Origin: Scyliorhinus canicula
Taxonomy: Eukaryota
Assembly (NCBI RefSeq): GCF_902713615.1
Contig: NW_024055446.1
Location: forward strand, 62,001 to 126,000
Length of the DNA stretch: 64,000 nt
Reading direction: 5' to 3'
Position numbers and translations under genes: made by a program. Of the stretch, positions 26,131 through 38,472 are shown piece after piece (the stretch's first letter is position 1; every line of letters begins with the position of its first letter). The notes below the pieces were generated by a model, which was given only the letters and a program-made list of their open reading frames with translations, was not told the DNA's origin and did no database searches.

Positions 26131-27749
26131 GCGCTTTGTTGCATTACATAGAAATATAGAAGTATAGAAGCATAGACAATAGGTGAAGGAGTAGGCCGGT
26201 CGGCCTCTTGAACTTGCTCTTCCATTCATTCTGATCGCGGCTGATTATCCAACTCAGTAAACTGTTCTCGCTTTCCCTCCATATCCTATGATCCCTATAG
26301 CCACAAGAACTATATATAATTCCTTCCAGTAAACATACAAAGTTTTGGCCTCAACTGTTTGGTGTGGTAGAGAATTCCACAGGCTCACCACTCGAGGTCA
26401 ATAAATTTCTCCACATCTATCTCCTTAGACTGTGTCCCTGATTCTGGCCTTCCCTCCATTGATCATTGCTTCACACCCTGTCTCCGTTACTATGAATATT
26501 TACCCTGTAACAGTAACCCCTGCATTAGAGCCCTGCCTCAGTTATTGTGAATCGCAGTCTTTTCAAAGAATCATAGAATCCCGACAGTGCAGAAGGAGGC
26601 TAGTCGGCCCATCGAGTCTGAGGACCTCACTGAGGACCACTCCTCCACCCTATCCCCATAACATCACCTAACTTTTGCACACTCGGGAAATCTTTTAGAA
26701 TGGCCAATCCACCTAACCTGCGCATCTTTGGACTGTGGGTGGAAATTCTCGGTTTCCACTGCACTGCACTGTCTCCACGTGTATTAATCAAGGCCCTGTT
26801 TTAGTAATTCTGGTGCTCCGCGGCTCTGTTTATTTATTGACAGTTTCTGTACCTGTAAATGTTACGCTGCGCTCTGTTTTAGTTATTACTGTGCGAGACA
26901 ATACCGTTATTAATCGTGCAATGGGTTCCATCTCATTTATTACCGCAATCCTCCGTATCTCTGTTTAAAGTAAAGTAGGTCCTTTCTCACTTCTCTCTAA
27001 GTTAGACCCTCTCAGTGTTTATATCTTTCGATATTATTCCAGTTATTAATACATTAGATCATGCTTCTGTGGCCTCTATAATTTACTCTAGTTGCGTTTT
27101 TACTTGTAGTTAGACCATGTATTTATTTATATTTCACTGCACATTCTGTTTCGTAGTATTACATTCATCCCTGCTTCAGTTATCACTGTACTTAACCGTG
27201 TTACAAGTTTTATTACCCTGGGTCTTGTCTCTGGAATGATTGTACAGGACCAGGTTTCGTTTTATCTTTCCCTCAGCATTGTATCTGTGTATGTAATGCT
27301 CTCTGCAGTTAAACATTTGAATAAGAAGGACCATGTTTCTATACATACTACAATTCACCATTTCTCAGTTATGACTGCACGAGACTGTGTTTACTGTTTT
27401 AACAAATAGGTGCAGTCACATTCAGAAATATACTGAGCAACATCTCTCTCTACTTCAATTGACTCTTCTTTAATCATTACTGCATTAGACCTTGTATCTG
27501 TTAAAATGACATAATATGCAGGTTAATCAATTGACGCATGAATCCATGCTGCTGTACATGCTGGAAGTGACAATTTCGGAGCATTTGTAAAACTGCACCA
27601 AGTCTCCATTTATATTATGTGACGTCCACTCTCTGATATTATTTTGTTAGACTCTGTTTTATTCACGGCTGAAGTCTTCTGTGTCTCACTTTATATAACA
27701 AACGTTCCTACCCCACAGAATAGTGCACCAGATTTATTTGCATTGATTA

Positions 27750-28350
27750 CCGCACAATCAACATCCTAGGGGTTGTCATTGACCGGACACTGAACTGGAC
27801 AAGCCAGAGGAATACTGTACCTGCCGGAGCAATTCAAATCTTACGGCGAGTAACTCACGTTCCGATTGCCCAAAGCCTGTCCATCATTTGCAAAGCAAAA
27901 GTCAGAAGTGTAATGGAATACTCTCCACGTGTCTGAAGTGCAGCTTCAACAAACCTCAAGAAACTTTACACCATCAAGGTCAAAGCTTGATTGTTGCCAT
28001 CTACAAGATTTACTGTTGGAACCAATCACGGTTTCATATTCAGCACCTACCAGACCCACGGCAACAACCGTCAGCAAGGACAAGAGCAGCAGATACTTTG
28101 GAACACCACCAACTGGAGATTCCTCTCCAAGTCACTCACCATCTTGTCTTACAAATATATCGCCGTTCCTTCACTGTGGCTGGGTGAAAATGCTGGATTT
28201 CTCTCGCTAATAGCAGTATAGCTGTAACTGCATTTCAGGGACTGCAGCGATTCAAGAAGGCAGCTCACCACCACCTTCTGAATGGCAACTTGGAATGGGC
28301 CATAATTGCTGACCCAGTTAATGGCACCATGTCCCGTAAATGAATGAAAA
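27750..28350 (+). mobile_element. Old LINE 3' fragment
   Basis: Similar to 1040-1700. Confidence 0.65.
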
Positions 28351-28367
28351 ACATAAAGGCTGTCTAA

Positions 28368-29196
28368 AAGATAGACGGATAGATAGACGGATAGACGGAT
28401 AGATAGACNNNNNNNNNNNNNNNNNNNNNNNNNNNNNNNNNNNNNNNNNNNNNNNNNNNNNNNNNNNNNNNNNNNNNNNNNNNNNNNNNNNNNNNNNNNN
28501 NNNNNNNNNNNNNNNNNNNNNNNNNNNNNNNNNNNNNNNNNNNNNNNNNNNNNNNNNNNNNNNNNNNNNNNNNNNNNNNNNNNNNNNNNNNNNNNNNNNN
28601 NNNNNNNNNNNNNNNNNNNNNNNNAGACGGATAGACGGATAGACGGATNNNNNNNNNNNNNNNNNNNNNNNNNNNNNNNNNNNNNNNNNNNNNNNNNNNN
28701 NNNNNNNNNNNNNNNNNNNNNNNNNNNNNNNNNNNNNNNNNNNNNNNNNNNNNNNNNNNNNNNNNNNNNNNNNNNNNNNNNNNNNNNNNNNNNNNNNNNN
28801 NNNNNNNNNNNNNNNNNNNNNNNNNNNNNNNNNNNNNNNNNNNNNNNNNNNNNNNNNNNNNNNNNNNNNNNNNNNNNNNNNNNNNNNNNNNNNNNNNNNN
28901 NNNNNNNNNNNNNNNNNNNNNNNNNNNNNNNNNNNNNNNNNNNNNNNNNNNNNNNNNNNNNNNNNNNNNNNNNNNNNNNNNNNNNNNNNNNNNNNNNNNN
29001 NNNNNNNNNNNNNNNNNNNNNNNNNNNNNNNNNNNNNNNNNNNNNNNNNNNNNNNNNNNNNNNNNNNNNNNNNNNNNNNNNNNNNNNNNNNNNNNNNNNN
29101 NNNNNNNNNNNNNNNNNNNNNNNNNNNNNNNNNNNNNNNNNNNNNNNNNNNNNNNNNNNNNNNNNNNNNNNNNNNNNNNNNNNNNNNNNNNNNNNN
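28368..29196. repeat. (GACGGATA)n microsatellite running into an N gap (28409-29196)
   Basis: Direct reading; repeat island at 28625-28648 between N runs. Confidence 0.95.
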
Positions 29197-30589
29197 TTTC
29201 AAAATGCTAAATATTGTTATTCGTTAATGGGATGTGGATGTCGCTGGCTGATCCAGCAGCTATTACCCATTCCTGAGGGCATTTAAGTGTCAACCACATT
29301 TCTGTGGAGTCATCTGGAGTCATATGTCGGTCAGACTAGTTAAGGACGACAGATATCCTTCCCTGAAGGACATCAGTGGACCAGGTGGGTTTTGATTACA
29401 CACGACAATGGTTTCATGGTCATCATTAGACTTTTAATTCCAGATTTGTCTTGATTGAAATTTCACCACCTGCCGTATTGGGAGCCCGGGTCCCCAGAGC
29501 TTGACTCTGGGTCTCTGGATTACTAGTCCAGCGAAAATATCAGACTTGTGATACTCACTTGTGTTTGGAAGAATACATTTTGTGGTGTTAATAACTATTA
29601 GCTGTGATGGACGTTCGTTGCAAAGGCAAAAACATCTTTAAAACTATTGCCGATCTGTTCTCATCTCTGTTTCAGGCTACACGTAGATTCATTAATCTCT
29701 CTGCCCTCTCTCAGACTTAATTCTCTTATAAAAGCATAATTAGTAACTATTTGGTGTTGTGTGATTGGTCTGGTAATGGGTGTGTAATATTTTGCTGAAA
29801 GATCGGAGTGAATTTTGTGACATTCACTTCATCACCAGACTGAGGAACAGAAACACATGAGCCATATTGAACTTCACATTGCACAACAGTCGCAAACTCC
29901 ATTGTGGTAGACATGCCTAATTCAGCCTTGTGTTCATCTGTGGCAATTACCCACTGTTTCCTTTCATGGTCCGAATTGTCTTTCACCCTTTTTAGCTGAA
30001 TGGATTTCTGTTTGCTTTTGGTGTGGCCACTGATTGTGAGAGACAGAGTCTGAAACAGTGTGTATGTATGTGTGTGTGTATATGTTTGGGTGTCTTTGTG
30101 TGGATATGTGTGTCTATCTGTGTGCCTGTATGTCTATAAGGGCCGGTTGGTCTGGAGCACATCATTATTCATTGTTTGCAAAATGGCGTTGCCAATAATT
30201 GCAATTAATTTTCAGCACATGACGACATTTTATTGAGATTATCTTCCAGATCCTATCCTACACTCCATATTTACTGGTCATGTATTGCCTTGAGTCATCT
30301 AGACAGTAATATCAAGCTGTCCATTCCATTGAAAAGGCAAATATATCCTTCAAATTACTTACATATCGGTTCAGCTCGCTTTCTCTGTCTCAGGCTGCAC
30401 CTAAATCAGTTGTTCCCGCTTCTCTCTCTCACACTTAACTCACTCACACAGGCACACAGCAGCCGGGTCAGGCACCTAGTGTTTAAATCTTTTTTGTTGA
30501 AGGCACTTCATTTCTAAAAAAAATTAAGCACCAAAACGTCATCAAAGGAAAGTTCTGTGCCTGAAAGGCACTAGCTCATTCACTTAACC

Positions 30590-30720
30590 TCTCTCTCTAT
30601 CCCCCCCCCCCTCTCCCTCTTTCTCTCTCTGTCCCTCTCTCTCTTTCTCTCTCGCTCGCTCTCCCCCCCCCCCCCCCATCCTTTCTCTCTCCCTCTCTTT
30701 CTGTCTAGCTCTCGCTCTCA
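30590..30720. repeat. CT-rich / poly-C low-complexity tract
   Basis: Direct reading. Confidence 0.9.
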
Positions 30721-32084
30721 GACACCAAGTGACTTCAAACTTTCTACATTAGTATAACCTCTGTTAACAGATTGTTGTTTTAATTCCCTTTCTTCTCTTC
30801 AGATTATTATTAGTATTATGACCAGTGAAGATCATCTGTGCATCTCCCGATCGGTTACTGTGTTTTAAATAAATAATCCAACTTTTTCAAAGGAAACGGG
30901 ATGAATGTAATGCTGAAACCGGCAGCAATATGTGTGGGTGTTCTTGATGCTGTCAGAGTGAGTTCACCCTCACAGGCAGGAAGACTGTTCGCCGTGATAA
31001 CATGAAACTGACGCCTGCTGTTTCATTCTCAGGTAACACAACTTCCTGTTTATCTGCTGCCGGTTCCAAACCGCACATCTCACTTCTGAACAGAAAATAA
31101 ATCCAGGGACAACAATCTGGCGAGAACATCTGTTAATGCGGCTTATATCTGCCCACAGAGTCAGTGCAGACTCACACAGATCATATTGCGGTGACATTTA
31201 CAAATGAACCTGTTGTGATCTGTTCAAAGCTTCCATTCCAGGACATAACTGGATGGTCAGTGGATCAGTCACTGAGTTTCCCCGGTTCTCTGAAGCCAGG
31301 AAATTATATCTTGCTCCCTTTCACTATTTTATTATTCTCCTTCTCTCTGTGTAATTTATTTTTACTGTTTCTCAGCTTTTCTCTCTCAACACAGCGTCTT
31401 TCAATCTTCTCTTCAAATTTCTTCGCTCATTTTTACTCTGTATCCAGTTGGATGGCTCATCTATAATCATTGTTCCAGCATCTTTTCTGTATCTACGTGT
31501 GTCCTTAATTGAGGCCGACTAAAAAGCAATCATTATACAGCTTTGCCCGCTGCTAACCCTATCTTTTCACAGAATCTGGGTGTATGCCGATAATTGTCAG
31601 GAATATTTCAGAGGTTCATTGCTGTTTACAATCCACTCTGTGAAGAAAGTCACACTGGATAGAACCGGCTTCGAAAAAGCATAATTATCTTTTGTGGCAC
31701 TAATTCCTCCTGAGATGAGGTTTTGAATTTTTAAGTTTGACTCCCAATTTGGTGATTTAAACATTAGCCTCCGTAAACTGCCGGATTCGGCTTATGCATG
31801 CTTGTGTAGATGGAAAACTGTGGGTAAGAATATGTTTTCAGTTCCTCTGACAGATACACAATAATCACTCAGATATCAGAAATCTCTGGAACCCGCCAGG
31901 ATTGTCCTCCTATTGGTTATAAAAGATCTCAGGTGGAGTCAGTCACACGAATCTCTCTCATTAATGTTTCCAATTGGTTTTACTGTACGGCAGACTGGAC
32001 TGAGGGCCGAAGCATTTTTGCTTTCTTACAGTTTTACTTCCTAATCAAATTAGGCTCCTTGCCTCCCTTCATATTATCAACAGT

Positions 32085-32725
32085 CTCTGTTATTGCTACA
32101 CTGGAGCCGATCTCTGTGATTATTATTATACCAGACCCCAGTCTGACCCCGGGCCCGGCAGTCTCTGTTATTGATACATTGGAGTCGGTCTCTGTGATTA
32201 TTATTATACCAGACCCCAGTCTGACCTCGGGCTCGGCAGCCTATGTTAATCATAGAATCATATAATTTACAGTGCAGAAGGAGGCCATTCAGCCTATCTA
32301 GTCTGCACCGGCTCTTGGAAAGAGTACCCTACTCAAGGTCAACAACTCCACCCTATTCCCATAACCCAATAACCCCACCCAACACCAGGGGCAATTTTGG
32401 ACACTAAGGGCAATTTATCATGGCCAATCCACCTAACCTGCACATCTTTGGACTGTGGGAGGAAACCGGAGCACCCGGAGAAAACCAACGCACACACGGG
32501 GAGGAATTGCAGACTCCGCACAGACAGTGACCCAAGCCGGAATCGAACCTGGGACTCTGGAGCTGTGAAGCGATTGTGCTATCCACAATGCTAGCGTGCT
32601 GTTAATAATGCACTGGAGCCGGTCTCTGTGATTATTATTATATCTGACCCCAGTCTGACCCCGGGCCCGGCAGTCTCTATTAATAATGCACTGGAGCCGG
32701 TCTCTGTGGTGATTATTGTACTGGC
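32085..32725. repeat. 78-bp tandem repeat (~3.5 units) interrupted by an HE1-like SINE (32251-32600, minus)
   Basis: Unit TCTCTGTTATTG.TACACTGGAGCCG.TCTCTGTGATTATTATTATACCAGACCCCAGTCTGACCCCGGGCCCGGCAG; (T)GTTAAT on both sides of the SINE. Confidence 0.88.
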
Positions 32726-33859
32726 CCGCTGTATGACCCCGTTAATGGAAATAATGGACAATAGACACCAAGGATTTTCATCTAAACTATCACGGTGAGA
32801 ATTGACCACATTATGTGGTCGAGGCTCCGGACTTGGACTTGCACCCACAATTTTCTGACTCAGGGGTTAAGCGTACCACCATGACTTGATGCCGACATGA
32901 TCTGTCCGCAGTTCCCATTACATCAATACAAAGGTAACACACCACATATACTAGAAATCTAAAATAAACACAGAAGCTGCTGCAAAGACTTAACAGGTCA
33001 GAAAGCGGATGGAAAATCCGTTTGTTTTTCGTACATTCACATTCTTTCCACTCTGGCATGAAGGTGCGGAGAGGTTAAAGGATATTGGAGGCTGATTAAT
33101 AACCTATTTCAGTTTTACAAACACTCCTTCCATGGTCAACAAATCCTGGAGTAGAATTTGGACCCAGGTCAAACAGCTCAGAAACAGAAGTGCTGCCAAA
33201 CGTGTTACTCCGGCGGGTCGCATTTTCAGAGAGAAATAGTTAGTTTCAGGTCGATGAACCAGGTGCTGATGTTCTGTCAGAGACATGAAACGTGAACTCT
33301 GTTTCTCTCCTCACATTCTGCCTGACATGCAGAGGAATTCCAGCAATTTCGGGTTTTATCTGTCTGACACTAACTTCATCCAATTCACATTGCAATGGTG
33401 CCTGACTCTAATGCAACATTAGGAAATCATTTGCTGTTGTGTCAATGTTCGCTGTCTCTCACACAGATGCCATTATTTGAAAACCAACTTTGATTGGCTG
33501 CACTAGATACTCACTGTGTCAGCATCAGACTCGATCCAGAGATGTTTTCAGTCATGCACTGCAAGTTGTACCTATCAAAATTGCATTAGACCCTGTATTT
33601 AGTAATTTCATAGTCAGCAATTACTTAGGTATTTTAATTGCGTCTCCTAAAATAAGAGTGGACAAAACGCTGCTTCTGTAATGTATGTACAAATAGTCCA
33701 CCGCCATTCAAGTTTTAATGCTCTAATTCTCCATTATTATTTCTGGAATCTGTATTCCTGTCACTTCGGAATTTGATCCTGATGCCTGCATTATCTTTGA
33801 CCTATTCCATTTATTAATGTTCAAAATATTTCTACGATTTTGATCACACAAATACATGC

Positions 33860-34400
33860 GTTTTCTCGTGTTGTCCTTCAAGATGGAAGCGGTCCTAGGT
33901 TTGGAAGACGCTGCGTCAGTAGTCATGGTGAGTTTCTATAGTACATCTTGTATATGTTACATGATCTGACACTGTTCGTCGGTGGTTCAACGATTGGAAG
34001 TTTGTGGAAGTGATAGCAATCAAAGAGGCTGTTTTGTCCTGTGTTCCGAGACTTGACTTGCTCTGGTAGACAACGTATTTATTGGGCTATTCGATTTCAG
34101 TTTCTGGTCAATGGTCACCCCCAGAATATTGATATTGGGGATTCCACGATGGTAATTCCATTCAATGTCAAGTGGCGATGGTTTGATCCTCTCTTGGTCA
34201 TTGCCTATACTTGTCACTTATCAGTCAAACCTGAATGTAGACCCGATCTTGTTGCGTTGTTCATAGGCTGCGAGGGGTCGCGAATGATGGTTTAATATTG
34301 TGCAATCAACAGAGAACATCCTCATTTCTGACTTTATGAGTAAAGGAAGATAATTGATAAAGCAGCTAAAGATGGTTTGGCACAGACCACTATGCTGAGG
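33860..34400 (-). mobile_element. Old LINE fragments
   Basis: Reverse complement similar to 850-1100 and 27760. Confidence 0.55.
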
Positions 34401-34949
34401 AATGTGGCAGGTTACCTTAAAGAAATTATTGAGACAGAGCCTCAAAGAGGAACATGCTTAGGTTTAGTATCAGTAGATGCTGGGTCTCGTGAAGTAACAA
34501 TTGGGCATGGACCATTTTCATATTAGCCGAGGTATAATTCAGTGCTATTGTAACTTCCTGAATGCTGCGTGCAATATAAAGAGGGCCTTGGTTCAACATG
34601 CTAACAGCTGGGATTCAGCCGTGTACGGTCATAACTGTGCTCTGCAGTCATAATATCAGAAACGTGACCGAGCATAAGAGATAAACTCGCCATTGTCCCA
34701 GGTGACCATAGGTTGCTTTCCTCTTTGAGGGGGAGAACTAGCTGGTGGGAATTAAACCTGAGGCCAGGGGCAACATTGAGAAGGCAAGTCCTTCAGGAAT
34801 AACCTTAGCCAGTACGGGAATTTAACACGTGCTGTTGGCCAGGTACTGCATCACAAACTAGCTGTCTAACCAACTGAGCTAGCGTAATACGGTGTCTCGT
34901 TTAATTTGAACCCAGACAGGGTCCATTGTCGTAATAATTGAAACAAAAC

Positions 34950-35485
34950 TCTGGTGCGGCCGCATTTGGAGTATTGTGTGTAGTTCTGGCCGCCATATTA
35001 TAGGAAGGATGTGGAAGCATTGGAAAGGGTACAGAAGAGATTTACAAGAGTGTTGCCTGGTATGGAGGGAAGAACATATGAGGAAAGGCTGAAGGACTTG
35101 AGGCTGTTTTCGTTAGAGAGAAGAAGGTTAAGTGGTGACTTAATTGAGGCATACAAAATGATCAGAGGATTAGATAGGGTGGACATCGAGAGCCTTTTTC
35201 CTCGGATGGTGATGTCCAGCACGAGGGGTCATAGCTTTAAATTAAGGGGAGATAGATATAGGACAGATGTCAGAGGGAGGTTCTTTACTCAGAGAGTAGT
35301 AAGGTCATGGAATGCCCTGCCTGCAACAGTAGTGGACTCGCCAACACTAAACGCGTTCAAATGGTCATTGGATAGGCATATGGACGACAAGGGAATAGTT
35401 TAGAGGGACTTTAGAAGGGTTTCACAGGGCGGCGCAACATCGAGGGCCGAAGGGCCTGTACTGCGCTGTAATGTTCTATGTTCTA
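34950..35485 (+). mobile_element. CR1 3' end, young subfamily
   Basis: ORF 35011-35403 is nearly the same as the C-terminus of the 11010 element. Confidence 0.9.
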
Positions 35486-36779
35486 ATCTCTGCTTCACAT
35501 AATGTCAGCAATCACAGTGTCACTGCCCCCAACTGGCCAAACTTTAGTATTGCAATTTCTGATTGAAAAAAAATGTCATGGGGTGTGGGCCTCACTGGCT
35601 AGACCAACATTTGTTGACCTTCTCAAACCCATGCCATTTATTTATATTTTACAATTCATCTTTCAGCTGTTGTGGGATTTGAACACATGGTGTCAGAGAA
35701 TTAGGCTAGCCATCTCAATTACTAGCCCAGTGACATTACCGCTAACCCACTGCCGCCCCTTTAAACATAGTCAGAGGCTGTTTGCAACGCAGAAGACCTT
35801 TCCACCAGGCATGCATGTGCTGGCCGAATAAAGGGGTGATTTATCTAACACCACTCATTTCTCTGTAAACTAGCATTGATTTTCCATTTGAGGCAACAAT
35901 CCAATTCCCTTTGAAAGCATCAGTTGAACCACCTCCCTCATCACGCCCCCCCCCCACCCCCCCACTCCCCCCACCCCCCCACCCCCCCCCCCCCACCCCC
36001 CCACCCCCCCCCCCCCACCCCGTGATTCACCCAGACAACGCCAATGTTCACAGCTAACTCATTGAAAGCAGACACAAGTTGACAGAATCGAAGCTATTTT
36101 TGAAAGGTTTACAGGAAGATTGAGACAGCTAGAGATGTAGATAGATTAGGATCGATGAAGAGAATCGATCAAGTGAATACAACAGCAGATTGGTAAATGC
36201 AAATCAGATGTATCGACAGTGGAATGGACAAACAGACAAAGGTATAGAGATGACTAAAACAAGCAAAGCCAATATCATAAGATTCCGAAAAGCAAAGACA
36301 CCAAAACACTCATTGGCCACATTGTTCTCTAGTGCCTCCTCTCCAATGAAGCTTTCTGATGGATGGAGAAGAGTTCGATGGAATTCCTTCAAAACATGAA
36401 ATCTCCGTAACTTTCAGCATCAAAACTATCTCCCTGATAATGAAACAACATTGCGTTTAATGCCCGCCTTATTCTTATTCCACGAGACAGTCATTGTCTG
36501 TTGGTGAGTTCCTTAAAAACAGATGTTGATGGGTTTATGAATATTAAGGTAATAAGGAATTTTTGGATAGCTCAGGAAGTTGAATGTCAGGTCAAACAAT
36601 CAGGATCTTATTGAATGGCGGAGCAGGTTAGAAAGACCAAATGGCCCACGCGAAATCCTATTTCTTATCATCTTCTATTTCTTCTGTGCAATTAACGGTT
36701 GTGGGAACAATTCAAGTGGTTCGATATTCATTGCTCTGACGTCGTGGATTGGCGGAAAACAGATGGACGTTAATCTGAT

Positions 36780-37100
36780 TGGGCGGCAAGGTGGAATAGT
36801 GGTTAGCACTGCTGCCTCACATCGCCAGGGACACGGGTTCGATTCCGACCTCGGGTATCTGTCCGTGTGGAGTTTGTACAATGTCCTAGTGTTTGCGTGG
36901 CTTTCCCGCGGGTGCTCCTGTTTTCCTCCCACAGTGCAAAGATGTGCAGGTTAGCTGGAGCAACCATGCTAAGGGACCATGCCCCTTAGGGTGGAATTTC
37001 AGGAAGAATATGGAAATTCGCCCGAGATAGGACGGTCTTTCGAAGGGACGGTGCAGACTGTATGGGCAGAATGGCCTCCTTCTGTACTGTCGGGATTCTG
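36780..37100 (+). mobile_element. HE1-like SINE (diverged)
   Basis: tRNA-like head GGTTCGATTCC and SINE core. Confidence 0.8.
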
Positions 37101-37248
37101 TCATTCTATTCCTTGCAGGACAAAAGAACTGTTAGCTGATTGGGTGTCACCTGTTGACTGTCAGGAATGAGCCAATCGGCATAGAGTCTGAACTAAAACA
37201 ATTCAGGTTTAACTCCCTCTGTTCAAATCCACCATCTGTTCTGTGGAC

Positions 37249-37769
37249 ATGTTGGGAGTTACTTTTTACTCATTCCTCTCAGCTGCGGCTCTCTTAACCG
37301 GTAATAGCGCAAGTTACACAATTTGCACTTTCATGTTGTACTGACATAGTAATCTTCCCTTTAACTGTTTATTCTCTATATTTGCAAAAGATGCCGGTAC
37401 CTTGATGACATTAATATAACAGAATGTTTTTTTTTAAACTCCTTACCTCTAACTTTCTGCAGGTGTTAGTGGTACAGATTCGGTCTCACAGGAACCGATT
37501 ACACTGACACCGTTTGAAGGAGATTCGGTGACGATTAATTACAGCTATCCGACCATTGCTGCTTCATATTCCTTACAGCTGTACCGCCTGGATCGGGAGA
37601 AAGGCCCCATCTTCTTGATTAACGTTCCTAATTCCGGTGCAGTTTCCAGAACTGTGGGTGTGGGAAATCGATTTTCTGCATCTCTGGATATTTCGAACAG
37701 TGAGGGGAAATTCACCATCCGGGAGCTGCGGCTGTCTGACAGCGCGGTGTATTACTGCGGACTGATGGA
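37249..37769 (+). CDS. TRAV: TCR alpha/delta-type V segment V1 (leader 37249-37300, V exon 37463-37769); open frame but Cys23>Tyr and Trp41>Leu
   Basis: MLGVTFYSFLSAAALLT/G-VSGTDSVSQEP...VTINYSY...SLQLYR...DSAVYYCGLM; GT-AG phase-1 intron. Confidence 0.9.
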
Positions 37770-37808
37770 CACAGTGACAGCAACCTGAGGGGGCCTCGTA
37801 CAAAAACA
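37770..37808 (+). other. RSS, 23-bp spacer (CACAGTG / ACAAAAACA)
   Basis: Counted directly. Confidence 0.95.
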
Positions 37809-38044
37809 ACTCTGTGGTGTAACAGGGAAGAGCGGGTGGGAGACTGTGTGTGGGAGGTGGGGCGTGTGGGGGGCGGTTGAGACCTGGACTTTCCAAAATT
37901 AGCAGCAGATTCCTCTGTCTTCAAATAAATCCAAAAGGTTAACAAGCCTAGTGTAACAGGTACAATTTTGAACACAGAACATACAGTACAGAAGGAGGCC
38001 ATTCAGCCCATCGTGTCCGGTGCGACCAACGTAAGCTCTCACTT

Positions 38045-38472
38045 GAAATTAATGAAAATCGCTTATTGTCACGAGTAGGCTTCAATGAAGTTACTGTGAA
38101 AAGCCCCTAGTCGCCACATTCCGGCACCTGTCCTGGGAGGCTGGTACGGGAATCGAACCGTGCTGCTGGCCTGCTTGGTCTGCTTTAAAGGCCAGTGATT
38201 TAGCCCAGTGAGCTAAACCAGCCCCTTACACCATATCCTCGTAACCCAATAACCCCTCCTAACCCGTTTGGACACTAAGGGCAATTTAGCATGGCCAATC
38301 CGCCTAACTTGCCTGCACCCCTTTGGACTGTGGGAGGAAACCGGAACATTTGGAGGAAGGCCACGCAGACACGGGAGAACGTGCAGACTCCGCACAGACA
38401 GTGACCCAGCGGGGAATCGAACCTAGGACCCAGTCAAGCCACAGTGCTAACCACTTGTGCTACCGTACTGCC
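38045..38472 (-). mobile_element. Short SINE (38045-38226) nested in an HE1-like SINE
   Basis: Both family consensuses are visible. Confidence 0.85.

Noticed and set aside
28318-29202. 294-aa ORF in the track
   Set aside because: Artefact of the N gap
29747-30050. ~100-codon minus-strand frame after a TTTCAG acceptor, containing CEVQY
   Set aside because: No recognisable domain or partner exons; the length is compatible with chance
33104-33250. Signal-peptide-like MRPAGVTRLAALLFLSCLTWVQ
   Set aside because: A stop follows, with no V framework, donor or RSS; lies among repeat fragments
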